Source: the human T2T-CHM13v2.0 reference genome, Homo sapiens. From it: a DNA stretch of 64,000 nt. Position numbers and translations under genes: made by a program. Within the stretch, counting starts at the first letter, position 1; every line of letters begins with the position of its first letter. Where the stretch lies: assembly GCF_009914755.1 (NCBI RefSeq), contig NC_060935.1; one strand, given 5' to 3'. The notes under the pieces were generated by a model, which saw only the letters and a list, made by a program, of their open reading frames with translations, was not told where the DNA came from and made no database searches. Below are positions 1 to 15,732 of the stretch, in pieces.

Positions 1-2410
<2,410 letters not shown>

Positions 2411-2458
2411 TTATTTTGCTCGTTAGTTGATGCAGTTTCTTCCTAGTCTCGATGGTCT

Positions 2459-3475
2459 TTACATTTTGGCATGATTTTGCAGTGGCTGGTACCAGTTGTT
2501 CCTTTCCACGTTTAGTGCTTCCTTCAGGAGCTCTTTTAGGGCAGGCCTGGTGGTGACAAAATCTCTCAGCATTTGCTTGTCTGTAAAGTATTTTATTTCT
2601 CCTTCACTTATGAAACTTAGTTTGGCTGGATATGAAATTCTGGGTTGAAAATTCTTTTCTTTAAGAATGTTGAATATTGGCCCCCACTCTCTTCTGGCTT
2701 GTAGGGTTTCTGCCGAGAGATCCGCTGTTAGTCTGATGGGCTTCCCTTTGAGGGTAACCCGACCTTTCTCTCTGGCTGCCCTTAACATTTTTTCCTTCAT
2801 TTCAACTTTGGTGAATCTGACAATTATGTGTCTTGGAGTTGCTCTTCTCGAGGAGTATCTTTGTAGCGTTCTCTGTATTTCCTGAATCTGAATGTTGACC
2901 TGCCTTGCTAGATTGGGGAAGTTCTCCTGGATAATATCCTGCAGAGTGTTTTCCAACTTGGTTCCATTCTCCCCGTCACTTTCAGGTACACCAATCAGAT
3001 GTAGATTTGGTCTTTTCACATAGTCCCATATTTCTTGGAGGCTTTGCTTGTTTCTTTTTATTCTTTTTTCTCTAAACTTCCCTTCTCGCTTCATTTTCTT
3101 CATTTCATCTTCCATTGCTGATACCCTTTCTTCCAGTTGATCGCATCGTCTCCTGAGGCTTCTGCATTCTTCACATAGTTCTCGAGCCTTGGTTTTCAGC
3201 TCCATCAGCTCCTTTAAGCACTTCTATGTATTGGTTATTCTACTTATACATTCTTCTAAATTTTTTTCAAAGTTTTCAACTTCTTTGCCTTTGGTTTGAA
3301 TGTCCTCCCGTAGCTCAGAGTAATTTGATCGTCTGAAGCCTTCTTCTCTCAGCTCGTCAAAGTCATTCTCCGTCCAGCTTTTTTCCGTTGCTGGTGAGGA
3401 ACTGTGTTCCTTTGGAAGAGGAGAGGCGCTCTGCTTTTTAGAGTTTCCAGCTTTTCTGTTCTGTTTTTTCCCCAT
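2459..3475 (-). pseudogene. L1 ORF1p (338 codons) disrupted by one in-frame TAG at codon 84
   Basis: Track ORFs 3224..3475 and 2459..3205 share a frame and together span 1017 nt. The stop is at 3224-3226 (GAG>TAG). The REKG, ARR and YPAKLS motifs are intact. Confidence 0.95.
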
Positions 3476-4378
3476 CTTTGTGGTTTTATCTACTTTTGGT
3501 CTTTGATGATGGTGATGTACAGATGGGTTTTTGGTGTGGATGTCCTTTCTGTTTGTTAGTTTTCCTTCTAACAGACAGGACCCTCAGCTGCAGGTCTGTT
3601 GGAGTACCCTGCCATGTGAGGTGTCAGTGTGCCCCTGCTGGGGGGTGCCTCCCAGTTAGGCTGCTCGGGGGTCAGGGGTCAGGGACCCACTTGAGGAGGC
3701 AGTCTGCCCATTCTCAGATCTCCAGCTGTGTGCTGGGAGAACCACTGCTCTCTTCAAAGCTGTCAGACAGGGACATTTAAGTCTGCAGAAGTTACTGCTG
3801 TCTTTTTGTTTGTCTGTGCCCTGCCCCCAGAGGTGGAGCCTACAGAGGCAGGCAGGCCTCCTTGAGCTGTGGTGGGCTCCACCCAGTTGGAGCTTCCTGG
3901 CTGCTTTGTTTACCTAAGCACGCCTGGGCAATGGTGGGCGCCCCTCCCCCAGCCTCGCTGCCGCCTTGCAGTTTGATCTCAGGCTGCTGTGCTAGCAATC
4001 AGTGAGACTCCGTGGGCATACGACCCTCCGAGCCAGGTACCGGATATAATCTCTTGGTGTGCCATTTTTTAAGCCCGTCGGAAAAGCGCAGTATTCGGGT
4101 GGGAGCGACCCGATTTTCCAGGTGCCATCCGTCACCCCTTTCTTTGACTAGGAAAGGGAACTCCCTGACCCCTTGTGCTTCCTTAGTGAGGCAATGCCTC
4201 GCCCTGCTTCAGCTGGTGCACGGTGCACGGACCCACTGACCTGCGCCCACTGTCTGGCACTCCCTAGTGAGATGAACCCGGTACCTCAGATGGAAATGCA
4301 GAAATCACCCGTCTTCTGCATCACTCACGCTGGGAGCTGTAGACCGGAGCTGTTCCTATTCGGCCATCTTGGCTCCTC
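3476..4378 (-). promoter_or_regulatory. L1 5'UTR internal sense promoter and antisense promoter region; YY1 site CAAGATGGCC near the 5' end
   Basis: GC/CpG-rich L1 5'UTR; YY1 motif at ~4362-4371 (plus ggccatcttg). Activity is inferred from the family, not shown. Confidence 0.8.
3931..4005 (+). pseudogene. L1 ORF0 (antisense ORF) truncated at codon 25
   Basis: ATG at 3931 gives MVGAPPPASLPPCSLISGCCASNQ*, with CGA>TGA. The ORF0-like remainder is the track ORF 4012..4239. Confidence 0.8.
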
Positions 4379-4535
4379 TGAATTTGTTATTTCTTAGCTC
4401 ACTTACGTGACAACTTCTCAGGTGTGTTTTATTGTGTCCACTTTACAGAGAAGTAAACTGAATCTCAGCAAGAATAAACGATTCATTCAAGATCAGTAGC
4501 TTTCATCAAAATAGCAAATAATTTTGTGTTCATTT

Positions 4536-4958
4536 TGTTAACATAAATTAAAATGAAGACCAGGCCTGAAGAATCCTTGAGTAGACAAAGGCAGTTATGC
4601 CTCATTAGTGACCTTAACCTTGCTGGATTTAGAAGCATAAACAAAACTTAATTTGAGTTATTTCTTGTAAATGCCTATATTAAGGAAAAACAGAACTTTA
4701 GCTCAATGAATCAGAAGCATCCAACTGACTTATACAACTAGGGACTTTGCATAGGCTAGACCAAATAAGGCGACTGTATAACTGTAACCAATCGAATTCT
4801 TTCTTTGCTTTACTTTTGCGTCTATCCTATAAAAGTTCCTTTGTGTTCTCTCTATGGAGCTCTTGAACCACTTCTGGTTTGGAGCTGCCCAATTCATGAA
4901 TCACTATTCACTCAAATAGATGTTACATGTTTATTGTGCCTCAGTTTGCTTTTTAACG
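4536..4958 (+). mobile_element. ERV1 solo LTR (MER57/MER4-group-like)
   Basis: TGTTAA...TTTAAC(G) termini, CCAATC and CTATAAAA boxes, and a gagctgcccaattcatgaatc 3' motif typical of this group. Confidence 0.7.
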
Positions 4959-5177
4959 ATATGCAGCAACAGCTTTGCTGGATGAAAGTACAATGATGGG
5001 CCAACCCAGAAAGCAGCCCTCCCCTTTTGGAGAAATTAAATAATGACACAATTAACAGTAAATGGCAAAAGTAACAGGTGCTATAAAGTACAGAGTGCCA
5101 AAATAGCCCATAATGTGGAAATGGTGTTGCAGAGAAGGTTTTCTCTATGAATGGATAAGTTAACATGACCCAGGGAA

Positions 5178-5370
5178 GGAATTCTCACATGCTGTGAGCA
5201 TCATAATCACTTGGAGGGGTGGCTGAAACACAAATTGTTGAGCCCCATTCCTGGAGTTTCTAATAAATAGGTCTGGGATGGGGCCTGAAAATTCACGTCA
5301 ATAACAAATTCCCATATGATCAATTGCTATTAATCCTACTAGTCTGGGAAGCACATTTTGAGACCCTCTA
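5178..5370. mobile_element. MER5A (hAT-Charlie)
   Basis: catcataatcacttggagg...ggtctgggatggggcctgaaaatt...cacattttgaga. Confidence 0.75.
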
Positions 5371-6239
5371 AACAATCTAAGCAAAGCAAAGCATATGGAA
5401 GTGGCCTTGTGGGAAGAGGACTCAAGGACATTCTGTGTCCATCCCATACTGGAATGCCCTGCCTTTTTTTGCAGATGTAGAATCTACAGGTGAGGGTTCA
5501 GTGACTGGCCTTAGCTGCTTCTGGTAAATGGCAGACTAGGGACCTACACCCAGGTTGTATAACTTTTAGCCAGACAATCTCTTTCCTTCCAGTGTTCCAA
5601 GACACCCTGTCATCTCCCACTCTGGCATGCACAGACTACTTCCATGGCTGTGATCTAGTGAAAGGTAAATAGCAGTCTTATTACCTGAAAAAACATGAAC
5701 CAGCTCTACTGGGTGTATCTTGTCTTTGGTTGAGAGAATGCTGACTATTTCAAGCAACACTTCAGGATATTCTTTCTCTTCTTTGTGATAGAGGACTCAG
5801 TCTTACTGAAAACACATTTCTTTTCTCAAGAGTGTCCTTGAACTAATACAGCAGAAACTCTGACTCCAGTGGGGCTTTCTGATGTGCTTTTGAAGAGAGT
5901 AAATTTACTAATCAATACAAATTACAATTTCTCAACTGGCAACTAGGCAAGCCAAGCACAGCCTCTGCAGCTTTATTATTCATAGCCTGAACTCTCAGGA
6001 CTAGATGTGCAGAGAGAAACCACAGAGAGAGATGCTATGTAAATACATCAAACAAAGGAAGAGATTGTTTTAGAGAGACTTGACACAGGAATATTTACAT
6101 GACCAGGAATAAAATGTCCATTCTTAAGTGCTACCTTGACTTAAACAACTTTAGAGAGATCTATTAAACCTTATGCTTTAGAGTATGGGCTAATAACCTC
6201 TCATAGACAGGAAAGTAATTTTTTTCTCTGTCCCTTACA

Positions 6240-6420
6240 CACTCCCTGTACACATACACATGTGCACAATTTATATATGTATTAAGATACACAATTATCA
6301 ATTATATATGCATATACACAGACACAAGTATAAAGACACACAATTAGGAATTATACATATACGTGCACAACACACACATGTATGTACTGAACAAGAGAGA
6401 AACAGAGAAAAGCACAGAGA
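6240..6420. repeat. Degenerate (CA/TA)-rich low-complexity tract with a short internal duplication
   Basis: An aagaYacacaatta... unit occurs twice. Confidence 0.6.
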
Positions 6421-6469
6421 CAGGCATGCAGGGATGTAGTGAGAATTGTACTATCACAAGAGTTTACAT

Positions 6470-6565
6470 TTCAGTTCTTGCATTCAGCTGCTATGTAACT
6501 CTAAAGGAAATGATTACCTGTTCTAGAACTCAGTTTTTCCATCTGGCAAAGTAAGGGGGTTGGAT
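6470..6565 (+). mobile_element. MIR fragment
   Basis: Core ctcagtttttccatctggcaaa. Confidence 0.55.
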
Positions 6566-7094
6566 ATAATATTTAAAGTTTTTCAAGATAGAAGACTAAA
6601 AAACTGCATAGGGATGAATTTCATCTTCGAAAATTTCCTCTCCTGCATAATAAGATTGAAAACTCTTTTTTCCACATTTTTTAAAAACCCATGTCACTTT
6701 TTAATTAAAATGAAAATCTTGCAATATCCTTTAGATTTATTTAAAAATTTAAAATAACTCAAAGGTGACAGGAACAAGTTAAATCAATGATAATTTTAGA
6801 GGAAGGTTCTATTTTGAAATACATAGATCATATTCTTTCCAGTTATGTAATATCACTAACAGTGTGGAACATGCTTACTAGCTGAAGCTTTGGAAGCTCA
6901 AATACTATCTAGGTCACTGTCAAAGTCATAACTCTTGGCCTGCTTTGTTTTCAAACAAAGCCTCTCCAACTCTCCTTAGCTCTCCCTCGTCATTGCAATA
7001 GTCCCTGATAGTCCCTTCATCCTTGCAATTTTCTATGGTACACTCTGATATTTTTCATTTAAATGTTAGCTCTTTAATTGCTGGGAAAGCTAGA

Positions 7095-7595
7095 AGGAGC
7101 TAATGTTTGTTGACCCCTTGCAGTGTGCCCAGCACTGTATTATGCTGGGTTTTTTATGTACATCATCTTATATAATCCTCATTACTTCCCTGTGAGGGAG
7201 GTAGAACAATTATTCTTATTTTATAGATGAGAAAACAAGAGCTCAGAGATACTGGGGACCTTGCCCTAGGGCATGTCTAATATCTGCCAAGCTTTCATTT
7301 GATTCCAGTTTTCTTTTATGGGAATTCTGTGCCAATTTTACTGCTTCTGATGCCTCCCTAATTAAGAGTCAAGAGGAAGAGCAGTAAATAAATGTTTATT
7401 GCTGATCTATTATGTGGTTGATAATATGCAAACATTTTATATGTTGTATCTTATTGAATTCTTGAAACATGAGGTAGAAAGTAACTCCTATTTTTTAAAA
7501 AAATAGAGGTTAAGCAGTTTAGCTGAGACCACATATTCAGTATTTAACAAAACAGATATGTGAACACAGGTTGTCTAAATTGTGACTGACATCTC
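7095..7595 (-). mobile_element. Two adjacent MIR copies (~7095-7320 and ~7385-7595)
   Basis: attttatagatgagaaaacaagagctcagaga core; gaggttaagcagtttagctgagaccaca. Confidence 0.65.
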
Positions 7596-9174
7596 TGATT
7601 TGGGACAGTTTAGGGTGTCTCCAGTCATTGAAATAAGTACTGAGCAATTATCAAAATAACATTTGATGTTTTTCTCATTTTTCAATATTAGTTTATGTTT
7701 TTGTAGAAATATTAAAAAATAAGTAAACAAAAAGAAGAAAATGTTCTGTATAACTGAGCTTCCCAGAAAACATTTAGTTTTAATAAACACACACACAAAC
7801 ACGCCATATGTACACAGATATAACACAAAAAGATTATAATAGATTCAATTTTATGTTTTATTTAATTGTTCTTTTACACAGTAAGTTTTAAATATTGAAT
7901 AGTTTTTTTCTCTCATATGGGTTTATCAGACTTTATTCATTTCCATTTAATGAGCCTTACACAATTTGATTTTATTTTTCCCAAGATAATAGTGTTAAAT
8001 TGAACTCTAGGATACATAGAACTTTATTTATGGTGCTCAAAAAAAGAAGGAGACGTATTTATTAAGCCAAATCAAGGATAAAATTTTACAAATTCAAAAC
8101 CATTAGGTATTATCTTAGAGATCTGCAAAAAAAAATCATGATAAATATAAATTAGGACGGTAGGGACTTACATGCTGGAAAGACTGACTTGAAATAATAT
8201 GAAAATATTATCGAAGTACTGAACAGTTCAATAGAGATTTTTGAACACTCAGAGGAGTGAGTCTACCCTAAGAACTACAACATGACAGGGAGTTGAAAGC
8301 CCACCAAGCCCAGTAGTCCAAATCATTCAGTGTTTTTCACCTAAACCAACATCCTTGGGAACCAGCATGTACACATTTCTCCTTCTTCTTCTCTTCCTCT
8401 TCTTCCTCTTTCTTCTCTTTCCCTTCTTTCTCCAACTCTTCCTTAACTACATAAACATTCTTTGGTGCATCATCTTTGTGGTATTTTCGTAATATATTAG
8501 GCCAATATATTTTGAAATATTAAGATATTAGGTTTTCTTTCTTTCTCTGATTTCCCTTTCCTTTCCCTCCATTCAAACGCCTATCTTTATACTTCACTGA
8601 CTCCCAGGAGTACATAGCAACAGCAGGCAGAAATAGCCTGTGTATATTTCTGACTTTTATTTTCCCAAAACTCAATTTCTTAGAAACATAGTGAGAGCTT
8701 TCAGAGGAGCTAAAAGAGAAGAAAAGCATATTTCTCAATAGAAGCAGAGTGGCTTGGAATTAGCTGGGGGAAAGAAGTCTATAGCGAAGGGGTAGTACTT
8801 GAAAAACTAAGATCTTTTGCAGCAACACAGAGAAATAGCAGGATAGTTACAGAGTGCCTAAGACACCAGATATTAGATGTCTGTCCTCGCGAAAGAGTGT
8901 TGTATTCCCAGTGTAGCACAGAATCTACACATAGCTACCAGGTCTGAGAGGACCATTGATATAGGAAAAAGGCAAGTCTCAGAATTACAGATGAAAAACA
9001 ATGACAGCTGGGTTGGAGGAGGATGATAACTTGGTTTGACATAAAACCCCACAACTCATGGCGCAAGGCTAGGAGGTGGCTCTAGAAATGTGCAAATTCA
9101 GCTTACCTACTATTCCAGCAAGAGAGAAATTCAAAATTAGCTTGTTTATTAAAAAACATATAAACCCAATAGTC

Positions 9175-9824
9175 TTTTTTCTCTTTTATATTATTATGGA
9201 TACATAATCGTTGTATATATTTATGGAGTACACATGACTTTTTGGTACAGGCACAGAATATATAATGAACAAATCAGGGCATTTGGGGTATCCATCACCT
9301 CAAACATTTGTCATTTCTTTTTTTTCAGGAAATTTCTAATTCTATTCTTTTAGTTATTTTAAAATTTACAATAAATTATTGTTAACCGTAATCATCCTGT
9401 TTTGCTACAAAATACTAGATCTTATTAATTCTACCTAAGCATATTTTTGTACGCTTCAACCATCCCCACTTTATCCACCCCTCCCCACTCCCCTTCCCAG
9501 CTTCTGGTAATCATCATTCCACTCTATATTTTCATGGGTTCAATTAAAAAAAATTTAAGTTCCTACATATGACTAAGATCATGTGAAATTTGTCCTTCCC
9601 TGCCTGGTTTATTTCACTTGACATAATGTCCTCCAGTTTTATCCATGTGGTTGCAAATTACAAGATTTCATTTTATATATTGCAGAGATGTCTGCATTCC
9701 CATGTTTATTACAACACTATTCATAGTAGTCAGGATATGGAATCAATATAAGTGTCCATCAATGTATGAACAGATAAAAAATGTGGTACATATACCCATG
9801 GAATATTATTGATACACAAAAAAG
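9175..9824 (-). mobile_element. 5'-truncated L1MA 3' end with a 5' inversion (minus 9175-~9675, inverted plus ~9683-9824)
   Basis: L1MA 3'UTR on the minus strand, followed by the consensus-adjacent upstream piece on the plus strand. ATAGTC flanks both ends (9169-9174, 9825-9830). Confidence 0.8.
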
Positions 9825-11779
9825 ATAGTCCGTATTCTTAACAAATAGAAATGTGATATCTTTGAGAAAGATAAATGTGATATTTACAAAACTAAAAATA
9901 CAAATGTGTTATTGATTATTGAACATATAGAATGAGATTTATACTGCTACATATATTCACAGAAAAATCATCAGTTTAAGAATCAGGCTCATCTTCATTC
10001 AACCTACATTTACATAAGTTCTTCGATTGGACCCAGACTATTAAAAGGGTAAATAGCATTTGGTAACATGTCTGTCTTCTGTTTGGCATTTTACGTATTT
10101 GTGCTCATTGACTATCATCAATTATATGCACCATATTAGTCAAGAAATTAAGCTATAGACAATAGACAAGTGAATTGACTAATCCAAGATCTCATGGTTC
10201 AGTGGTTGGCCTGAATTTCCACCCAGATTTGACTGGACTCTAAATACTTTGTGTTACTTTTGCGTGCTACTCCAAAGTATTTAAGATCCATATCCTGGGA
10301 ATATTGTCCAAATTATTCTTCAGAGTTCCATAATCTCTATTGTCTATCATCAATCCATCCTCACTGTATTTCACTTCTCATCATTTTTAAGCCACAAATA
10401 TTAATCTGCATAAAAATAGTCACATGTGTATGCATAAAATTGTCACATGTAATAGTAACAGTAAGTTGAGGAACATCAAACAGGAAGGAAGAAATCCACT
10501 GCCCAGGTTCAATTATTCAAACCTTATTTATTAAAAGAGTACGGTGGAATAAGGACTGATACTACAAAGAGGGAGGCAAGCTAGTAAAGAGGGCTTAAGG
10601 AACGCTGAGCTAGCAAATTCAATTTCTGTGCCTTTTCCTCTTGCTGACTGCACTTGAACACGTTGACATCGCAGTCAGCCCTATAATAATACAGTAACGA
10701 AAAGGGATTTGCAGTCAATGAGAGCTCAGTAACATGAGGAAAGTTGGCCAATAGTTTGCATAATATTTTTGGCCCTGAAAATGTTTTATTGACATCAAGC
10801 CAAAAAGCAAGCATGAGGTCCAGATGACTGCTGTGAGCTTTGATCAATTAAGGTTTGAAAGCCTATTTTATTTGCTTGGATGCATGGTTCAGAGTGCAAT
10901 CTATTATTGTTTGTCACTCATAGGTGCTTTTTCAAAAGTTTCCTCTGAAGTAGCAGGGAAACTACTCCTTAGAGAAAACAGGCCACACAAGATATTTAAA
11001 AGTCTAGTTATTTTTAGTGAGGTTGAGTGGATATCTCTTGGAGAAACTAAGAAAAGCATCACTTTTACTCTTTTTTCATGAGCCAGAAAAGAAAGAAAAA
11101 ACATTTCTGTAGCACCTCTGCTTTTTAAGCTTTCTTCTACTCAGTCACATTAGGGTTTAAACCAACCAAACAAACAAAGAGCCTCAAAACTGATTCTGTT
11201 CCTAGAACAGAAAATGGCTAAGGTTTTAAGACAAGTATTTTTGTTATAGCATCTGTCACCTTTGAGGAAAAAATTTATCCAATTTTGGGTACACATGTCA
11301 CAAACCCGTCTGTTACCCAGGCTCTGGCAAAGCACTTGGCATGCTGCTAGGCACACAGTAAGCACTTAAAACATGTTAGCTGTTAAATGTCAGGTGAGAA
11401 AGAAAAAGTCACAATAAGCTGTCCTATTACTATAAAGGCCAACTAGCAGGTGCAATGCTCTGTGCTATCCTCACAATAAGTCCAAATCCTCCATCTCTTT
11501 CAACACATACCTTAGGAAGCCTGTCCTAATCTCACATGTTTTATTGAATATGTACCAGAATTAAGGCCTTTTTATATATTGTTTAGGTGGTTGTTATGGC
11601 CTGAGGAAAAGATGGGAACAGGGAAGTGGTTGCAGAATCATTCCTCTGCATCCATTTTGCTCCGGACTTGTGGAACAGAGGGTGCTGGGGGAGGGAGGAA
11701 AACACAGAAGGTGCTCTCACCCCCAGAAAGCTAAATAGGATCACAGTGGGGAGATAGCAGAGTGAAATGGTGAAGTCTG

Positions 11780-12612
11780 CTTAGCACTGTGTCTGCTCCA
11801 GGACTTAGAATAAAATTCAAACCCCTACATGGCACATGAGTGGGCCGCTGTCTATATTTGTGACCTTATCTACAATTTCCCTTTTAGTATTGTTTAATGA
11901 CTGCACTCATTCTTCTTTTTTGTTTTTTGAAAGTTCAAGGCTCAGGACATTTACCTGTAAAACTTTCCCTTCCCCACCCATAGATCTTTACTTAGACAGC
12001 CCTTCATGTTACAGCTCAAATGTCCCCTCAGAAGGGCCTTCATGGTCAGGCATGGTGACTCATGTCTGTAATCCCACAATTTTGGGAGGCTGAGGCAGGA
12101 AAATCACTTGAGCCTAAGAGTTTGAGACCAGCCCAGGCAACACAGTGAGACCTATCTCTACAAAAATTTAAAAAAAAAATCACCAGGTTTCGTGGCATGC
12201 ATCTGTAGTCCCAACTACTCGGGAGGCTGAGGCAGCGGGATAGCTTGAGCCTAGGTCAAGGCTGCAGTGAGCTCTGATTGCACCACTGCATTTCAGCCTG
12301 GGAGACAGAGCGAGACCCTGTCTGAAGAATATGGCCTTCTTAAGAAGAACCATATTTTCCCACTTCTATTTATTAGTCATTATCAAGGTATCCTGTCTCA
12401 TTTTTTGACCATGTTTTTGCCTCTCTGAAATTACCTTATATTATTTATTTACTTGGTTTGTTTTTCATCATCTGCCTCCTCCACTAGAATGAATGCTGGA
12501 TGAGGGCAGATACCACATCTCTTTTTCACAGGGCTATACCATTGATGTCTAGGAAGATACCTGGCATGTAGTAAGTATCCAATAAATATTTGTTGGAATA
12601 ATAAATGAATGA
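11780..12612 (+). mobile_element. L2 3' region interrupted by AluJ
   Basis: Ends cctggcatgtagtaagtatccaataaatatttgttggaataataaatgaatgaa, the L2 3' terminus. Confidence 0.7.
12044..12325 (+). mobile_element. AluJ
   Basis: Dimeric Alu with J-type cacttgagcctaagagtttgagaccagc and gtcaaggctgcagtgagc; the A-tail is eroded. Confidence 0.92.
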
Positions 12613-13089
12613 AGGAATATGGATAGAAGAGGTACTTAAGATTTCCAAAAGGACAAGCTGGGTTTATCAAGTTAGAATGGTAGATAGAGATGTAGGACAG
12701 AAATGGAAATGTAGGGCAGAAATAAGAATAAGAGGAAAGCTTTTGCCTAGTGTGGTCCATGTCAAATATCCTCTGGGCACAACGGCAACAATGTTAAGTG
12801 ATTAGAGTATCCAACAGAGAAGAGATCAAGGAATTTGAACTCCTAGAATTTCCTATAGGCATAATCTTGATGACAAGTGAAGAATGGTAAGCCCAGTGTA
12901 TTCTCATATAGTACAGGAATGAACACTGATGCTCAATAATTGATTTGCATGAGCTCTAACTCTGTGCATAGTTTGCTGTTGAGAATAGAATCAGCCTGGG
13001 AGAAATATGGAAGTTCAGGGTGACTAGAGGATTGGACTCAGTTTAGGGACTTAACAGCCACTCAATAACCACTAACACTGGTAATTTTT

Positions 13090-13315
13090 CTTAACTGCTT
13101 ACTGTGTTCCAGATACTATGCTAAATCATTTAGAACCATTGTCTTGCTTGATTGTCACAAAACCTCGGTGTGTAGGTATTGTTTTTTCTCCCTTTAACAA
13201 AAGAGTTAACTGAGGCTTACAGAGATTATGTCAACTGTCCAAAGTAACAAATGAATTGTAGTATACTTTGAACTCAAAAGCAGGTCTGTTTTACTCCAAG
13301 CCCACACTCAAAACT
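13090..13315 (-). mobile_element. MIR
   Basis: aactgaggcttacagagattatgtcaactgtccaaagtaac. Confidence 0.7.
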
Positions 13316-13327
13316 ACTCAATTACTA

Positions 13328-13476
13328 AGTGGTTTTTCAATAGGACACTGCTGGCATTTTGGAAAGGAATTATTTGTTTAGCAAGACCATCCCTCACATA
13401 GTATCCCTGGCTCTCTACACAAAATGTTTGTGACACCCCCCAGTACTGCTGCTTCACTTCTGTTGAGAATCATTGT
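13328..13476 (-). mobile_element. MER20-like (hAT-Charlie), internally deleted
   Basis: gtggtttttcaa...gttgagaatcattg termini; ggacactgctggcattttgg; atccctggctctctac. Confidence 0.55.
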
Positions 13477-14339
13477 GCTAGTAAATCTAAAAGAAGCTAT
13501 GGAGAAATGTTTCTACTGCCAGTCTTCCAGATATTTCAAACTTCCAAAATAAGAGATAATCTATTTGTATTCTCCAGGACCACACTGGAACAAAGAAACA
13601 TTATTAGAATTTTGGCAGTCTAGATCTCCCATAAGTCAATAAGAGATGTAGATAGACTAAATAAGAAACCATCTCTTGGTATATTCAATGCATGGCACTT
13701 TTATGTTTGATTTGGTTAAATTTTCAGGAACATATCACCCTGTTTATACATATCCCCATAATATGAGGAATCACATACAATGGTCATAGAAAGATCAAGA
13801 TTAAAATCATTTAGTGTCTTGTGTAGAAAGGCAATTTAGATTTTTACCACTCCAACCTGTATAGACCTGTTAACTGAACTCTGATAATTTTTTTAAGATG
13901 TTGCTTTCATTATGGTAGTCCTACTGTGAAACATGCAACACTATCTGACTCATTAAACCCTTCATTTTTTCTCTTTCTTGGCATTAACATTCTTCACCAT
14001 CTAGACTTTACTTAAAGTACTTGCTTTATCTTCTGCTTCTCACCAAGTATCATTAATTTCTGATAATTGAATCTCTTTACTATTTCCGAATGACTTTTAC
14101 TTATCCACCTTCAGACATTTACTTTTTCCATTTCTCCTGCTGAGAATTCTCTTCTGAATACTCTGTGCTTAGTAAGTACTACCAGCTCTTCACTAGTCAA
14201 GTATCTCCTTCTTCATGGCCATGAGAGCCTGCAGCTATTTTTCCTTCCTCTAAAGGCCCAGATATTATTTTCTCAGTAATTATTCTTTATGATTGATTAT
14301 CAGAATAATGTGTGGTGTTTGTGAAAGTACAGTTCATAT

Positions 14340-14460
14340 GTTTGCAACTTCAGAGGTTTTGATTCAATACATCTGGAATAGGGAACATAAATCTGTATTA
14401 AAGGAAAAAAAGTGGCCAGGTGATTACTGATGATCAATCAAGTACAAAAATCACTCAGTT
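14340..14460. mobile_element. MER5-like fragment
   Basis: cagaggttttgattcaatacatctggaatagg...ccaggtgatt. Confidence 0.5.
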
Positions 14461-14760
14461 GCACATCTAATTATTTTGCATGAATGGCTTCATTTTGTAT
14501 CATTAAAATTTCCACGATGGGTGGATCCATGTCTAATTCATCAAGGTTGTAATTTATAGAAGGCACTTGAATATTTTCTCATGAGTGTGTTATAAATTAC
14601 ATGACAAGATTCTATTTGATAATTCATGCTGATATTTTTCATGATCAAAGTATATATTAGAATATACCTTACTTTAACAATAAATTAAAAATTATTTTAT
14701 TGCACTGCACCCAATTTCAGATTGGAATATATAATGTACAGCTAACATGCCTCTTTCTCA

Positions 14761-15239
<479 letters not shown>

Positions 15240-15599
15240 CTATATAGTTTTGAAAAAGGTGAATATCCATGTGTGCAAATTGTGTTTATGAGAAAAGAAT
15301 CAAAGCACTAATAATTGCTAATGTCCCAAAAGGGGTATATTTTTAGACACATAATAAATACAAATTGTAATTATGAGAGTTAAATGCAAATGTTCTATGT
15401 TATCACAATATAGAAAAAAATGAAAAAAAGGCAAGAGATTTAAAAGAAAGAAAATGAGAGGGAGAAAAGAAAATGAAGGATTAAGGAAATGGCGAGTTTT
15501 ATTAAGGGAAGGATAAAAGGAAAAAAGAGAAGGAAATTATTAAGGATCTTCATCAACAATGTGCATCCACATGATGAGGACTGGATCTTATAACAATTA

Positions 15600-15732
15600 C
15601 AGTTTATTGCAGCTTGGAGGTCTTTAAATAAAATAATCCGAAACAGCAGGTACAGTGTTGGGTTTCGAAAGGTACCTTGTGAGGAAGGAGCTTGAAGCTA
15701 AGTTTCATTAACTTCACCACGTATCTGCCTCT
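15600..15732. mobile_element. Arthur1/MER69-like hAT-Tip100 fragment
   Basis: gaagctaagtttcattaacttcaccacgtatctgcctc resembles a recalled Arthur1 terminus. Confidence 0.45.
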
